Shown: positions 19,439 through 29,680 of the stretch, one piece after another
How positions within the stretch are numbered: the first letter of the stretch is position 1
Layout: every line of letters begins with the position of its first letter
Assembly (NCBI GenBank): GCA_963664115.2
Contig: CAXWPJ010000010.1
Coordinates: 480,001 to 544,000, forward strand
Source of the DNA: Terriglobia bacterium
GTDB taxonomy: Bacteria; Acidobacteriota; Terriglobia; 20CM-2-55-15
Direction of reading: 5' to 3'
Length of the DNA: 64,000 nucleotides
Program-made: the position numbers and the translations under genes
Notes under the pieces: generated by a model
Told to the model about the DNA's origin: nothing
The model's database searches: none
Seen by the model: the letters and a program-made list of their open reading frames with translations, nothing else

Positions 19439-19879
19439 ATGATGTTGAGAGAAGGGATACGAGCGACCTTAATACTGGCGATAGTCGGCTCTTTGATTGT
19501 TCCTGTCGCCGCCCAGAACCCAACACAATTTGAAGGACGGCTGACGCCGGTTCCCGTCGACGGTGTGACACGCGACCTCATCACGGGAATTGGCTCCATG
19601 TCGGCAGTCCTGGAAGGGACGCGGTTGACGATTACGGGATCGTTTGAAGGCCTCAGAGAGGCTGCGACCGAGGCCAATCTCCATCGGGGCCTGGCGACGG
19701 GCGTCCGGGGGACGGCGTTTTTTGAGTTGACAGTTTCACCGACGACATCCGGGGACGTTTCCGGAACGCTCGACCTGAATCCGGATCAAATAGAAAGCCT
19801 CCATGACGGCAGGCTCTACGTGCAGATTCACAGCGAAATAGCGCCCGAGGGCAACCTCTGGGGCTGGCTCTTGCAGTAG
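19439..19879 (+). CDS. Secreted CHRD-domain protein
   Basis: Signal peptide; [28 protein letters not shown]. Confidence 0.8.
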   Translation: MMLREGIRATLILAIVGSLIVPVAAQNPTQFEGRLTPVPVDGVTRDLITGIGSMSAVLEGTRLTITGSFEGLREAATEANLHRGLATGVRGTAFFELTVSPTTSGDVSGTLDLNPDQIESLHDGRLYVQIHSEIAPEGNLWGWLLQ

Positions 19880-19890
19880 GAGGAACAACG

Positions 19891-22005
19891 ATGTTGGCTC
19901 AAGTTGATTTCAAAAGACGCTTGCTGTTGGGAGTCGCCCTCATCACTGTGCTCGTAGTCGGTGGCTGGAATCGTCCCGAGGCCGAAGCCCAGACCGTGTA
20001 CAGTCCGGCGCAGGCCGCGGCCGGCCAGACGGCCTACGGGGCCGAGTGTGCGATGTGCCATCAGAACGATCTCTCCGGTGCGGGCGGGGCACCTGCCCTG
20101 GCGGGAACCGACTTCGTCAACCTATGGCGCACCGAAAGCGTGGACGCATTCGTTCGGGCCACCCGGGCCTTGATGCCACCGAACAATCCGGGGGGACTCT
20201 CAGAACAGACCTATCTGAACATCACGGCGTTCATCCTGCAGGCCAACGGTGCCGTTTCTGGGAACCAGCCCCTCATCGCGGCGGTGAGCGCCGAGATCGG
20301 TGCGCTGGCCACGGGGATTGCGCCCGCAGGCTTGTTTGAAGGCGCGGCTCCGGTTGAAGCGGCCGAAGAACCTCAGGGGGTCACCGTCGCCGGAGTGGTG
20401 GAAAACTATGTCCCGGTGACCTCAGCGATGCTGGCCAATCCCGACCCCGCCGACTGGCTGATGATTCGGGGCAACTATCAGGCCTGGAACCACAGCCCCC
20501 TGACCGAGATCACGCGTGAAAACGTTGGCGACCTGCGGCTCCAGTGGGTGTGGTCTATGGAAGACGGTGTGAACCAGTCGGCCCCCATCGTCCACGACGG
20601 CGTCCTTTACTTTAACAGCCCCGGCAACGTCATCCGGGCCATGAACGCCACCGACGGCGAGCTCATCTGGGAGAGCCGTTTGGGTGGACCCAGCGACAGA
20701 ATGCGCGGCATAGCCATCACCGACGACAAGATCATCTACGCCCGACCCGACACTATGCTGACGGCGCTGGACGCGCGCAACGGTGCAATCGTCTGGGAAA
20801 CCCTCATGGGTGAAGGTTTCAGAAGCACCAGCGGGCCAATAGTCATCGGGGACACGATCGTCGCAGGGCTGGGCGGTTGCGGGACCTATAGAGAAGAGAA
20901 GTGCTACATCAGCGGCTATGACGCCACCGACGGACGGCAGATCTGGAAGTTCAATACGGTGGCCCAGGAAGGCGAACCCGGTGGAGACACCTGGGGAGGG
21001 CTGGATAACCTGCTCAGGGCCGGTGCGGAAACCTGGATCACGGGCAGCTATGATCCCGAGCTCAACAGGACCTATTGGGGTGTGGCCCAACCCAAGCCCT
21101 GGGTCCCCGCAACCCGTGGAAACAGCACTCGTGATGACGCTCTGTATTCGAGCACGACCCTGGCATTGAACCCCGATACCGGTGAGCTGGACTGGTACTT
21201 CCAGCATGCACCGGGCGAGGCGCTGGATCTGGACGAAGTCTTCGAGCGAGTTCTTGTGGATGCGGGCGGGCGGAAGCTCGTGTTCTCGATCGGGAAGCAC
21301 GGCATTTTGTGGAAGGTGGATCGCGAGTCCGGCGAGTATCTGGATCACACCGAAACCGTCTTCCAGAACGTCTTCGACAGCATTGATCCCGACACCGGGC
21401 GACCCCAGTATCGAATCGACATCGTCGAAGGGGAAACCGGCCAGTGGATCCAGGGTTGTCCATCGACGGAAGGCGGCCACAACTGGCAGGCGATGAGCTA
21501 CCACCCGGGAACCGAGCGTCTGATCATCCCCCTGAGTCAGAGTTGCCTCGAGATACGCGGCCGTCAGATCGCACTCGAAGCCGGCAGCGGTGGCAATGCC
21601 GCCGACAGGAAATGGTATGAGATGCCCGGGACGAACGGGAACGTGGGCAAACTGGCCGCATACGACGTGAACACGATGGAAGAAGTCTGGTCGTATGAGC
21701 AGCGGGCACCCTTCCTTACGTCCGTTGTCTCGACGGCCAGCAACATCCTGTTTGCCGGTGATCTGGATAGAAAGTTCCGGGCCTTCGACGTGGAGAACGG
21801 CGACATCCTCTGGGAGACGCGGCTGGGAACGTCCGTGCAGGGTTTCCCGCTGACGTTTGCCGTGGATGGGAAACAATACGTGGCGGTGATGACGGGGCTG
21901 GGCGGTGGCAGTCCGAGAGTGGTGCCGGGCCTGATCACCCGTGAGATCCAGCATCCCGCCAATGGAAACGCCCTCTGGGTTTTTGCCCTGCCGGATGGAA
22001 ATTAG
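19891..22005 (+). CDS. PQQ-dependent dehydrogenase with N-terminal cytochrome c domain
   Basis: Signal peptide, CAMCH haem motif, WLMIRGNY, repeated G..xW propeller motifs, [20 protein letters not shown]. Confidence 0.9.
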   Translation: MLAQVDFKRRLLLGVALITVLVVGGWNRPEAEAQTVYSPAQAAAGQTAYGAECAMCHQNDLSGAGGAPALAGTDFVNLWRTESVDAFVRATRALMPPNNPGGLSEQTYLNITAFILQANGAVSGNQPLIAAVSAEIGALATGIAPAGLFEGAAPVEAAEEPQGVTVAGVVENYVPVTSAMLANPDPADWLMIRGNYQAWNHSPLTEITRENVGDLRLQWVWSMEDGVNQSAPIVHDGVLYFNSPGNVIRAMNATDGELIWESRLGGPSDRMRGIAITDDKIIYARPDTMLTALDARNGAIVWETLMGEGFRSTSGPIVIGDTIVAGLGGCGTYREEKCYISGYDATDGRQIWKFNTVAQEGEPGGDTWGGLDNLLRAGAETWITGSYDPELNRTYWGVAQPKPWVPATRGNSTRDDALYSSTTLALNPDTGELDWYFQHAPGEALDLDEVFERVLVDAGGRKLVFSIGKHGILWKVDRESGEYLDHTETVFQNVFDSIDPDTGRPQYRIDIVEGETGQWIQGCPSTEGGHNWQAMSYHPGTERLIIPLSQSCLEIRGRQIALEAGSGGNAADRKWYEMPGTNGNVGKLAAYDVNTMEEVWSYEQRAPFLTSVVSTASNILFAGDLDRKFRAFDVENGDILWETRLGTSVQGFPLTFAVDGKQYVAVMTGLGGGSPRVVPGLITREIQHPANGNALWVFALPDGN

Positions 22006-23078
22006 GATTACGGACTCGTGCATGACCGCCCCATGCTAAGAGTGGCAGCAGTGTGTGGGCGCTGACTCGTGGTCGGCGAAGGTCATGGTAGAAGAGGCCA
22101 ACGGAACGGAGGGGGGCGCGATGTCGGATACCATAGCGAAAGTAATTCAGGCAGTCCTGGTCGTTGTCATTCTGGGTGCACTTGGATTGGTTTGGTCGCA
22201 GGTCCAATCGGTCCGTACACATGTTGAAGAAGTGCCCGCTATCAAGCAATGGGTAGGATACGTCGATCCAATTTCTAACACGACCTCGCCAGCGGATAGA
22301 ATCGCCGCACTTGAAGCCTCGCTCTCGACCACGAGTCAGGAACTGTTAGAAGCTCAAGTCTTGCTGGAGCAGCTCTTCGGCCGCGTCATTGGAGAAGCAA
22401 CCCGCCAGATCCCCGACAACCTGGGGCCAAGTACCGATGTCGCTTTGTTCATCAATCTTACGGGTGATGCGAGCCGTTTTACCAACGAACAGGAACTCAC
22501 CGTTACAAACGTCGTTAGGCAGCTTAGTCAAACCATTCCGGTTTTAGGTGCCTATCGCTTCGAGCAGGGATACGCAGATGCGGAAATCATACTCACGATA
22601 GAAGCATCGCGACTGTTGGGTTGGGAGCTGAACGCAATGCGAATGGACGTAGCAGTTGAGCGAGTCGCTGACTGAACCCTGCGACATATAATCAACGACT
22701 CGGGTGGTCGACGCCTACCCAAGAGCGGAGGCAGGCTACCCGTCGTCCTGACTTTTAACCTCAGAACGTAGAAATTTGCGGAGACGGCTTGCGACTTCCG
22801 GGGGCACCTCCTGTTTGCCGGTGATCTGGATAGAAAGTTCCGGGCCTTCGACGTGGAGAACGGCGACATCCTCTGGGAGACGCGGCTGGGAACGTCCGTG
22901 CAGGGTTTCCCGCTGACGTTTGCCGTGGATGGGAAACAATACGTGGCGGTGATGACGGGGCTGGGCGGTGGCAGTCCGAGAGTGGTGCCGGGCCTGATCA
23001 CCCGTGAGATCCAGCATCCCGCCAATGGAAACGCCCTCTGGGTTTTTGCCCTGCCGGATGGAAATTAGGATTACGGAC
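21746..23078 (+). repeat. 270-bp identical direct repeat (21746-22015 and 22809-23078) flanking a 793-bp insert
   Basis: The 3' end of the PQQ dehydrogenase gene plus 10 bp is repeated at offset 1063; no mismatch seen. Confidence 0.95.
22121..22675 (+). CDS. Hypothetical membrane-anchored protein inside the repeat-flanked insert
   Basis: RBS GGAGG; N-terminal TM (VIQAVLVVVILGALGLVW), coiled-coil-like segment. Confidence 0.6.
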   Translation: MSDTIAKVIQAVLVVVILGALGLVWSQVQSVRTHVEEVPAIKQWVGYVDPISNTTSPADRIAALEASLSTTSQELLEAQVLLEQLFGRVIGEATRQIPDNLGPSTDVALFINLTGDASRFTNEQELTVTNVVRQLSQTIPVLGAYRFEQGYADAEIILTIEASRLLGWELNAMRMDVAVERVAD

Positions 23079-23454
23079 CGAGCGTTTCAGCTGCGGGCAT
23101 TTATTAGCATGAGACCCACCCTCGGGTGGACTGTCCCCCGATAACTGCCCGCATACGCACGCCCTCTTTTTGACCCCGAGCACGCGCAATTTCTGCGCCT
23201 ACAGGAACACCCTCCCCCGGCCGATATTAATAACTATCCGAACAGATAGTCAGATCCTGGATCTCACCTTCATATGGCGAGTCGTCGACGTCACGGCCTG
23301 CGCCAACGGGATTCAATCGAACATGATTTCATTTGCTTTCCGAGGGCTCTGACCGAAGCAAGCGGTGGTCGAAGCAGCCTCGGTAGGAATCGCTACCAAT
23401 GACGCGCGGTTTGAACCCTTTCGCCAGGGTTAAGGGACCGCAAATCCTTGAGTT

Positions 23455-23471
23455 TTGGTATACGGAATGCT
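23455..23471 (+). promoter_or_regulatory. sigma54-type -24/-12 promoter of microprotein 1
   Basis: TTGGTATACGGAATGCT; GG(23457-8)-N10-GC(23469-70). Confidence 0.55.
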
Positions 23472-23502
23472 CCTTATTAGTAAGGAGTGACAGGAGATGG
23501 AC

Positions 23503-23634
23503 ATGATGTTGCAAACAATCATTCTTGTTACCGCAGCTACGATTTCCCTTGTAGCCGGCCTGGCTCTGGTCGGTGACGCTTTCAGGCGCATGTGTCACAA
23601 GACAGGGAAAGCCGATCACGTCATAACCTTTTAG
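23503..23634 (+). CDS. 43-aa single-TM microprotein 1
   Basis: MMLQTIILVTAATISLVAGLALVGDAFRRMCHKTGKADHVITF; RBS AGGAG; paralog downstream. Confidence 0.7.
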   Translation: MMLQTIILVTAATISLVAGLALVGDAFRRMCHKTGKADHVITF

Positions 23635-23696
23635 GTAATTGGGGTCAGAGCCCTATTTACCCAATTTCCCTCTGAAAACATCCCCACGCCTGCAGT

Positions 23697-23713
23697 TTGG
23701 AGCCCGGATTGCA
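23697..23713 (+). promoter_or_regulatory. sigma54-type -24/-12 promoter of microprotein 2
   Basis: TTGGAGCCCGGATTGCA; GG(23699-700)-N10-GC(23711-2). Confidence 0.6.
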
Positions 23714-23744
23714 CTCATTTAGGTGCGAGTAACTGGAGGTGGGT

Positions 23745-23876
23745 GTGACTTTCCAAACAATCATCTTGATTGTCGTCGCAGCGATACCGCTTGTAGCCGG
23801 GCTGGTGCTGGTAGCTGACGCCGTAAGGCGCCTGTTTCACAGGAAACGGAATACGCATCACGCCTTACACATTTGA
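23745..23876 (+). CDS. 43-aa single-TM microprotein 2
   Basis: GTG start, RBS GGAGG; MTFQTIILIVVAAIPLVAGLVLVADAVRRLFHRKRNTHHALHI; 21/43 identical to microprotein 1 without gaps. Confidence 0.7.
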   Translation: MTFQTIILIVVAAIPLVAGLVLVADAVRRLFHRKRNTHHALHI

Positions 23877-23958
23877 AGAGAGTCGGTGTGTTGATGTGCC
23901 ACAAAGGCAAGATCGGCCGCTTGCGCCTGTCTCGGCATGCCATCGATTCAAATCTGGC

Positions 23959-24284
23959 TAGCAGCCCGTGGCAGAAGTATCGAGGGCCGCGCGCGGGGGT
24001 CTTCGGGTTGCGGGCGCGAAGTGAGGAGCGGGCACCGAGGTTTGAAACCGAGGCCGCTGGCGCCGTTTTTACATCGTGACCGACGAGTGACAAAGCCTGC
24101 GGCCCGGACCCCCCTGCGCCCAAAGGGTTACGGCGAAACGGGGCTGTCTTCGTTGTCGCCGACTCCTCCCAATGAATGAGCATTGTCTCGTCGTCGTGAC
24201 GTCGCGTCGACGCCAAGGCGTCTCCTAGAATCCAGCCCCGTTTGGCCGTAACGCGGCCCTCGAGACCTCTGCCACGGGCTGCTA
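23959..24284. mobile_element. MITE-like non-autonomous element (about 326 bp)
   Basis: About 33-bp terminal IRs TAGCAGCCCGTGGCAGAAGTATCGAGGGCCGCG / CGCGGCCCTCGAGACCTCTGCCACGGGCTGCTA, TA at both ends, internal IR GTTACGGCGAAACGGGGCTG / CAGCCCCGTTTGGCCGTAAC. Confidence 0.75.
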
Positions 24285-24863
24285 TAGCCCCACCTGCCAG
24301 GATCTGATCGCTTCGATGGGGTGGATCAGCATCACGATATTTAGCAACAGCCCGTCGCGGATCCAGACAGCCAGCGCGATCTCTGTGGCCGCGAACAGGA
24401 TGATGGACCGCCGCCAGCCCATATAGGTTGCCAGCAGGAAGCCCCCCGTACAGACCGCGATGTCGGAAACGGAGTTCAGGACCGTATCGCCGGTGTAACC
24501 CAGCGCGATCGTCGCCTCCCGGTAGCGGTTGATGACAAAGCTGGTGTTTTCGACAACTTCCCAGACCGACTCCATCAGGACGGCAAGACCCACCCGGAAC
24601 TCCGCAGACATTCGCCCGGCCACGGCCGTTAAAACCCAGAAGAATCCCAGGCCATGAAGCAAGTGGGTCAAGGAGTAAGGATCGAAGAAATGCTGCGAAT
24701 TGTGGGCGCTGTTGATGTCACCGGCCCAGAGGTAGACCTCGCCGCAGGAGCACAGCCACAGGCGGCCCAGACTGCGGAGACCGATCACGGTGAAAACGAG
24801 GATGAGGACCATCGCTGCGGCTAGCAATTGTCTACGTTGGACGGACGTGAAATCCGCGGGCAT
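24282..24863 (-). CDS. DUF2585 family membrane protein
   Basis: GRLWLCSCG, HNSQHFFDPYSLTHLLHG, WEVVENT, GDTVLNS, IRDGLLLNIVML. Confidence 0.85.
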   Translation of the reverse strand: MPADFTSVQRRQLLAAAMVLILVFTVIGLRSLGRLWLCSCGEVYLWAGDINSAHNSQHFFDPYSLTHLLHGLGFFWVLTAVAGRMSAEFRVGLAVLMESVWEVVENTSFVINRYREATIALGYTGDTVLNSVSDIAVCTGGFLLATYMGWRRSIILFAATEIALAVWIRDGLLLNIVMLIHPIEAIRSWQVGL

Positions 24864-24902
24864 ATCTGCGAACTAGTTTAGCCTGATCGATCCTGTTTTG
24901 CG

Positions 24903-25685
24903 GTGATCCGACGCGCGGGGTATCGTAGGAGTGTGATTGAAGACGGAGTGATTGAAGATAGCACCCCGATATGGCCCCAGCGGCCAGCGCTTTTTCTGGA
25001 TCTTGACGGAACTGTGCTGGACTTTGCAGACGCACCCGGGGGCGTCGTGGTTTCAGAAAGAGTCCGCGACTTGCTGGGTCGGCTGCATGCGGTTACCGGC
25101 GGGGCGATCGCCTTCGTCAGCGGCCGGACCATGGACGACCTCGATCACCTCCTCGCACCACATAAGTTTGCTGTGGCCGCGGTTCATGGCCTGGAACTCA
25201 GGGACGGTGAAGGTCGCATCACGCGTGCGGAAGTAGACAGCGAGCGACTGGCAGAAATCGAACAAAGCCTAGATCGTTTCGTCCGGCAGAACCCGGAGAC
25301 CTTGCTGGAACACAAGGGAGCGAGCCTCGCACTCCATTACCGAAAGCGACCGGAGCTGGAAGAGGCCGTGATCGCTCTCGTCGAAGAAACACTGGCCGCA
25401 CTGGGTTCGAATCTGCAGGTGCTGCGAGGCAACAAGGTGATCGAGATCAAACCGGAAGGCGGCGACAAGGGCAGCGCTATTGCCCGCTTCATGAAAGACC
25501 CGCCGTTTAACGATCGAACACCAGTTTTTATCGGCGACGATGCCACCGACGAGGACGGTTTTCGGACGGTCAACGCACTCGGAGGCGTGTCGGTCAAGGT
25601 GAACTCCGGTGAATCCGCAGCCGCAACGCGACTGCCCGATGTGGATGCTGTGTTGCACTGGCTTGAGGCATTGCTGTCGTCATGA
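24903..25685 (+). CDS. otsB: Trehalose-6-phosphate phosphatase
   Basis: HAD motifs FLDLDGT, VSGR, LHYR, IGDDATDEDGF; start may be a downstream GTG. Confidence 0.9.
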   Translation: MIRRAGYRRSVIEDGVIEDSTPIWPQRPALFLDLDGTVLDFADAPGGVVVSERVRDLLGRLHAVTGGAIAFVSGRTMDDLDHLLAPHKFAVAAVHGLELRDGEGRITRAEVDSERLAEIEQSLDRFVRQNPETLLEHKGASLALHYRKRPELEEAVIALVEETLAALGSNLQVLRGNKVIEIKPEGGDKGSAIARFMKDPPFNDRTPVFIGDDATDEDGFRTVNALGGVSVKVNSGESAAATRLPDVDAVLHWLEALLSS

Positions 25686-27478
25686 GTAGCCTGGAACTGG
25701 GTGTCATCGGGAACTGCCAGATCGCTGTATTGGTGGACCCGCGTGGGCGTTATGTCTGGGGCAGCTTTCCACGCATCGACAGCGATCCCTTCTTCTGCTC
25801 CCTATTGAAGTCAGAGTCGAACGACGCGGCCGATCAAAGCGGCTTCTTCGCCATCGATCTGGTGGACTTCCAAAGCTCCGAGCAAAGCTATGTCGACAAT
25901 ACGGCCATCCTGAACACCACCTTGACCGACAGCTCGGGCGGCAAGGTTCGGATCACCGACTACGCACCCCGCTATCAAAAGTTCGGGCGGAGCTTTCACC
26001 CCATCATGGTCGTACGCCACATCACGCCGGTTGCGGGCGCGCCTGCATTAAGAATCCGCTTGAGACCCGCCGCCGACTACGGGGCCCGCACACCCGACGT
26101 CGCCCATGGCAGCAACCATGTTCGCTTCAGCAACGGTCACTTCACGTTGCGGCTGACGACGAACGCGCCGCTGGCCGCTGTGCTCGAAGAGCGGGTCATC
26201 GTGCTCGAAAAATCCATCACCCTTATGCTCGGCCCCGATGAATCCCTCACCGAGAGTCCCCACAATATTGACCGCGCAATGTATGGGGAAACGAAGACGT
26301 ACTGGGAAAACTGGACGCGTGCCTTGTCGATTCCCTTCGAGTGGCAGGAGGAAGTCATCCGGGCCGCCATCACGTTGAAGCTCTGCACCTATGAAGATAC
26401 CGGCGCAGTCCTGGCGGCACTGACGACTTCCATACCGGAAGCACCCGATAGCGGCCGCAACTGGGACTACCGCTACTGCTGGCTGAGGGACAGCTACTAC
26501 ACCGTCCAGGCCCTCAATAGCCTTGGTGCGACCAAGACGATGCAGCAGTTCCTGGCCTACATTTTCAATCTCGTCGCCGAACACGCGGCAACAAAACGTC
26601 TGCAACCCGTGTACGGCATTTCCGGCGAGCCGGCACTGACGGAATCCACAGTCGAGAGTCTCGAAGGCTATCGCGGAATGGGTCCGGTCCGTGTGGGTAA
26701 CGACGCGTACAGACAGCAGCAGAATGACGTCTACGGTGCGACCGTCCTGGCATCGACGCAGAGTTTCTTTGATCGCCGGCTGGTCGAGGGCGGAGGCCAA
26801 CGCGAGTTCGAGCGACTCGAATCCCTGGGCCTCCGGGCCGCGGAGGCATTCGATCAACCCGACGCCGGCCCCTGGGAATTTCGCGGCCACAACGATGTGC
26901 ATACCTACTCCAGCGTCATGTGCTGGGCGGCGTGCGATCGTTTGTCACGTATCGGGGCCCATCTCCACTTGCCCGACCGCGCCGAATACTGGAAAGACCA
27001 GGCGAACAGCATCAGGGAAACAATCATTGCCCGCGCATGGAGTGAAGAAAAGAACAGCTTCGTGGCGACCTTCGGGGGCGATCAACTCGATGCGAGCCTC
27101 CTGACGCTTCCTGATCTGGGTTTCATCGCTCCCGATGACCCGAAGTTTCTAGCGACCTTGGCGGCCATCGAGAGCGAGCTGCGGCGGGGACCCTATGTTT
27201 TTCGCTACACCAACTCCGATGATTTCGGCAGGCCTCAAACGGCATTCAACATCTGCACGTTCTGGTACATCAATGCCCTGGCTGCTGTGGGACGGGATGC
27301 TGAAGCACGGGTGTTGTTCCAGAACATGCTCGATCGTCGTAACGCGCTGGGACTGCTTTCGGAAGATCTGGATCCGGAGAGCGGTGAGCTGTGGGGTAAC
27401 TTTCCACAGACCTACAGCATGGTGGGCGTCATAACGGCGGCAATGCGCCTCAGCCAGACATGGGAGCAGGCATTGTGA
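25682..27478 (+). CDS. Glycoside hydrolase family 15 (trehalase/glucoamylase-like)
   Basis: TTSIPE...RNWDYRYCWLRD, PVRVGNDA, GLLSED, GNFPQTYS. Confidence 0.9.
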   Translation: MSSLELGVIGNCQIAVLVDPRGRYVWGSFPRIDSDPFFCSLLKSESNDAADQSGFFAIDLVDFQSSEQSYVDNTAILNTTLTDSSGGKVRITDYAPRYQKFGRSFHPIMVVRHITPVAGAPALRIRLRPAADYGARTPDVAHGSNHVRFSNGHFTLRLTTNAPLAAVLEERVIVLEKSITLMLGPDESLTESPHNIDRAMYGETKTYWENWTRALSIPFEWQEEVIRAAITLKLCTYEDTGAVLAALTTSIPEAPDSGRNWDYRYCWLRDSYYTVQALNSLGATKTMQQFLAYIFNLVAEHAATKRLQPVYGISGEPALTESTVESLEGYRGMGPVRVGNDAYRQQQNDVYGATVLASTQSFFDRRLVEGGGQREFERLESLGLRAAEAFDQPDAGPWEFRGHNDVHTYSSVMCWAACDRLSRIGAHLHLPDRAEYWKDQANSIRETIIARAWSEEKNSFVATFGGDQLDASLLTLPDLGFIAPDDPKFLATLAAIESELRRGPYVFRYTNSDDFGRPQTAFNICTFWYINALAAVGRDAEARVLFQNMLDRRNALGLLSEDLDPESGELWGNFPQTYSMVGVITAAMRLSQTWEQAL

Positions 27479-28842
27479 CGCGACTCGTTGCCGTGTCGAA
27501 CCGCGTCGTGGCGCCGAAACGCGGCAAGACTTCGGGTGGTCTGGCTGTAGCCCTCTGGTCCGCCTTGCAGGATCACGGCGGCCTCTGGTTTGGCTGGAGC
27601 GGTGAGACGACACTCGAGGAGCCCGCTGACCCGAAGGTGTCGAAGTTCGGCAACGTTCGTTTTGTCACGACGGATCTGAACAAAGAGGATTTCGAAGACT
27701 ATTACAACGGTTTCGGCAACGACACCTTGTGGCCTCTGCTCCATTTCATGCTCGGCTACCTCAAGTACGACCGTGTCCAATACGATGCCTATTGCCGGGT
27801 GAACGCGTTTTTCGCCACCAAGCTCGTTGACTTCCTCACACCCGATGACGTCATCTGGGTCCACGACTATCATTTGATACCGCTCGGGGCCGAACTGCGG
27901 CAGCGGGGTGTCACCCAGCCCATCGGATTCTTTCTGCATGTCCCGTTCCCGAACTTCGACGTGATCCATGCCCTGCCCTGCTACAGGGAGATCCTCGAAG
28001 CTCTGGCCCGCTACGACGTTGTCGGCTTTCAGACCGACAGAGATCTCTCGTCGTTCCAGGACTGCCTCACGCAAGCCGAGATCGGCGGTACGCTCTTACC
28101 CGACGGTCGGATCACAGCATTCGGGCGCACCTTTCGTGCCGCAGTATTTCCTATCAGTATCGATGTGGATGCATGCGGGTCGCTGGCTTCTCAGAACATG
28201 GAGCACTCACAGGTACGGCGCCTGGCGAAAAGCGTCGGCGATAGACGTGTGATCATCGGCGTCGATCGACTCGACTACAGCAAGGGGCTCGAACTGCGTT
28301 TTCGAGCTTTCGAAAATTTGCTGATGAACCATCCGGAAATGCGGGGGCGCGTTTCGCTGCTGCAGATTGCGCCGCCGACGCGGGTGGGCGTGAGGACCTA
28401 CGATAGAATTCGCGAAAGACTCGAACAGGCATCGGGCAACATCAACGGCCGATTTGCCGACATCGACTGGGTTCCGATTCGGTATCTAAATAGACTCTAC
28501 GAACGCCCTGTCCTGATGTCGCTATTTCGGCTGGCGGGCGTCGGGCTCGTGACCTCGATTCGCGACGGCATGAATCTCGTTGCCAAAGAATATGTCGCCA
28601 CCCAGGATCCCGAAGATCCGGGCATGCTCGTCCTATCGACGCTGGCGGGCGCCGCCAGGGAACTGACCGCAGCCGTCCTGGTCAATCCTTACGATCAGGA
28701 CGGGGTCGCCGAAGGTATTCGCAAAGCGATCGAGATGAGGATCGAAGAGCGGCAGGAACGTTATGCCGATATGATTGCCGTGTTACGCAAGAACGACATC
28801 CACACCTGGCGAAGGAACTTCGTTACGGCACTGACGGAATAG
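27475..28842 (+). CDS. otsA: Trehalose-6-phosphate synthase
   Basis: [43 protein letters not shown]. Confidence 0.95.
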   Translation: MTRLVAVSNRVVAPKRGKTSGGLAVALWSALQDHGGLWFGWSGETTLEEPADPKVSKFGNVRFVTTDLNKEDFEDYYNGFGNDTLWPLLHFMLGYLKYDRVQYDAYCRVNAFFATKLVDFLTPDDVIWVHDYHLIPLGAELRQRGVTQPIGFFLHVPFPNFDVIHALPCYREILEALARYDVVGFQTDRDLSSFQDCLTQAEIGGTLLPDGRITAFGRTFRAAVFPISIDVDACGSLASQNMEHSQVRRLAKSVGDRRVIIGVDRLDYSKGLELRFRAFENLLMNHPEMRGRVSLLQIAPPTRVGVRTYDRIRERLEQASGNINGRFADIDWVPIRYLNRLYERPVLMSLFRLAGVGLVTSIRDGMNLVAKEYVATQDPEDPGMLVLSTLAGAARELTAAVLVNPYDQDGVAEGIRKAIEMRIEERQERYADMIAVLRKNDIHTWRRNFVTALTE

Positions 28843-29016
28843 AGCCCGGTTTCAGACCCCCATACACGATCTGCCGGCAGAAGGTGGCAGGAGTCTGGGG
28901 GGCCGCGCGCAGGGTTCTCCTATCAGCCCAAAACGCTTGACGAAATGGCAATAGCAAGCGACACTTAGGGCGCAATTTTCCTGGCTGAAGTTCGTGAACA
29001 CTGAGAGGTTTTTAAC

Positions 29017-29409
29017 ATGAGGAAGTTCGCTGTTGTGATCGGTTTCTTACTGGTCGTCGCGATCTCGGCGCCCGCCCACCACTCGGCTGCGACGGAGTTC
29101 GACATGAACGATCCGGTCAGCGTGGAAGGCGTCGTGAGCAAAGTCGAGTGGAGAAATCCTCACATCTGGTTTTACGTCGATGTGACGGGAGACAACGGTG
29201 AAGTGACCACCTGGGGGTTCACCGGAAGCCCTCCGGGCATGCTGGCCAGGAGAGGGATCACCCGGGATGTCTTGAAAGACGGTGCTGAGGTCAAGGTCAG
29301 CGGCTTCCGGGCCCGGGACGGTTCACCCAACGCGGTCGGCCGAAATGTGACCTTTGCCGACGGCACCAGTGTCTTCGCGGGAACCCCCGGAGAATTTCCC
29401 GAGAGGTAG
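29017..29409 (+). CDS. DUF6152 family secreted protein
   Basis: Signal peptide ending APA|HHS; EWRNPH. Confidence 0.8.
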   Translation: MRKFAVVIGFLLVVAISAPAHHSAATEFDMNDPVSVEGVVSKVEWRNPHIWFYVDVTGDNGEVTTWGFTGSPPGMLARRGITRDVLKDGAEVKVSGFRARDGSPNAVGRNVTFADGTSVFAGTPGEFPER

Positions 29410-29680
29410 CGGTCGGTCCAGGGAGGGTTCACGGATCGAGCCGTGATGGCTCTAGGGTCTTGCCAGCCGCCCCCTCAACCATGCGCCACCCTGTCAGGAG
29501 CGATGCGCAACCGGACAGAGGCAGGAGCAGTGTGCCCGACAATTCACACCGGGCAGTGAATGAACCTGCCTGTTGCCTTCTGGAAGGTCCGAGAATCCAA
29601 CACCATCACCACGGACACTGTCGTACTGAGGAAAAATATTGAGATTAGAATGGGTGAGAATTCATAAGGGAGAGTCAGCC

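Noticed and set aside
21746-23078. Diversity-generating retroelement TR/VR pair
   Set aside because: The copies are identical, with no adenine-specific mismatches, and no reverse transcriptase is present.
24903-28842. otsB-GH15-otsA as a novel arrangement
   Set aside because: This trehalose gene order is already well known.
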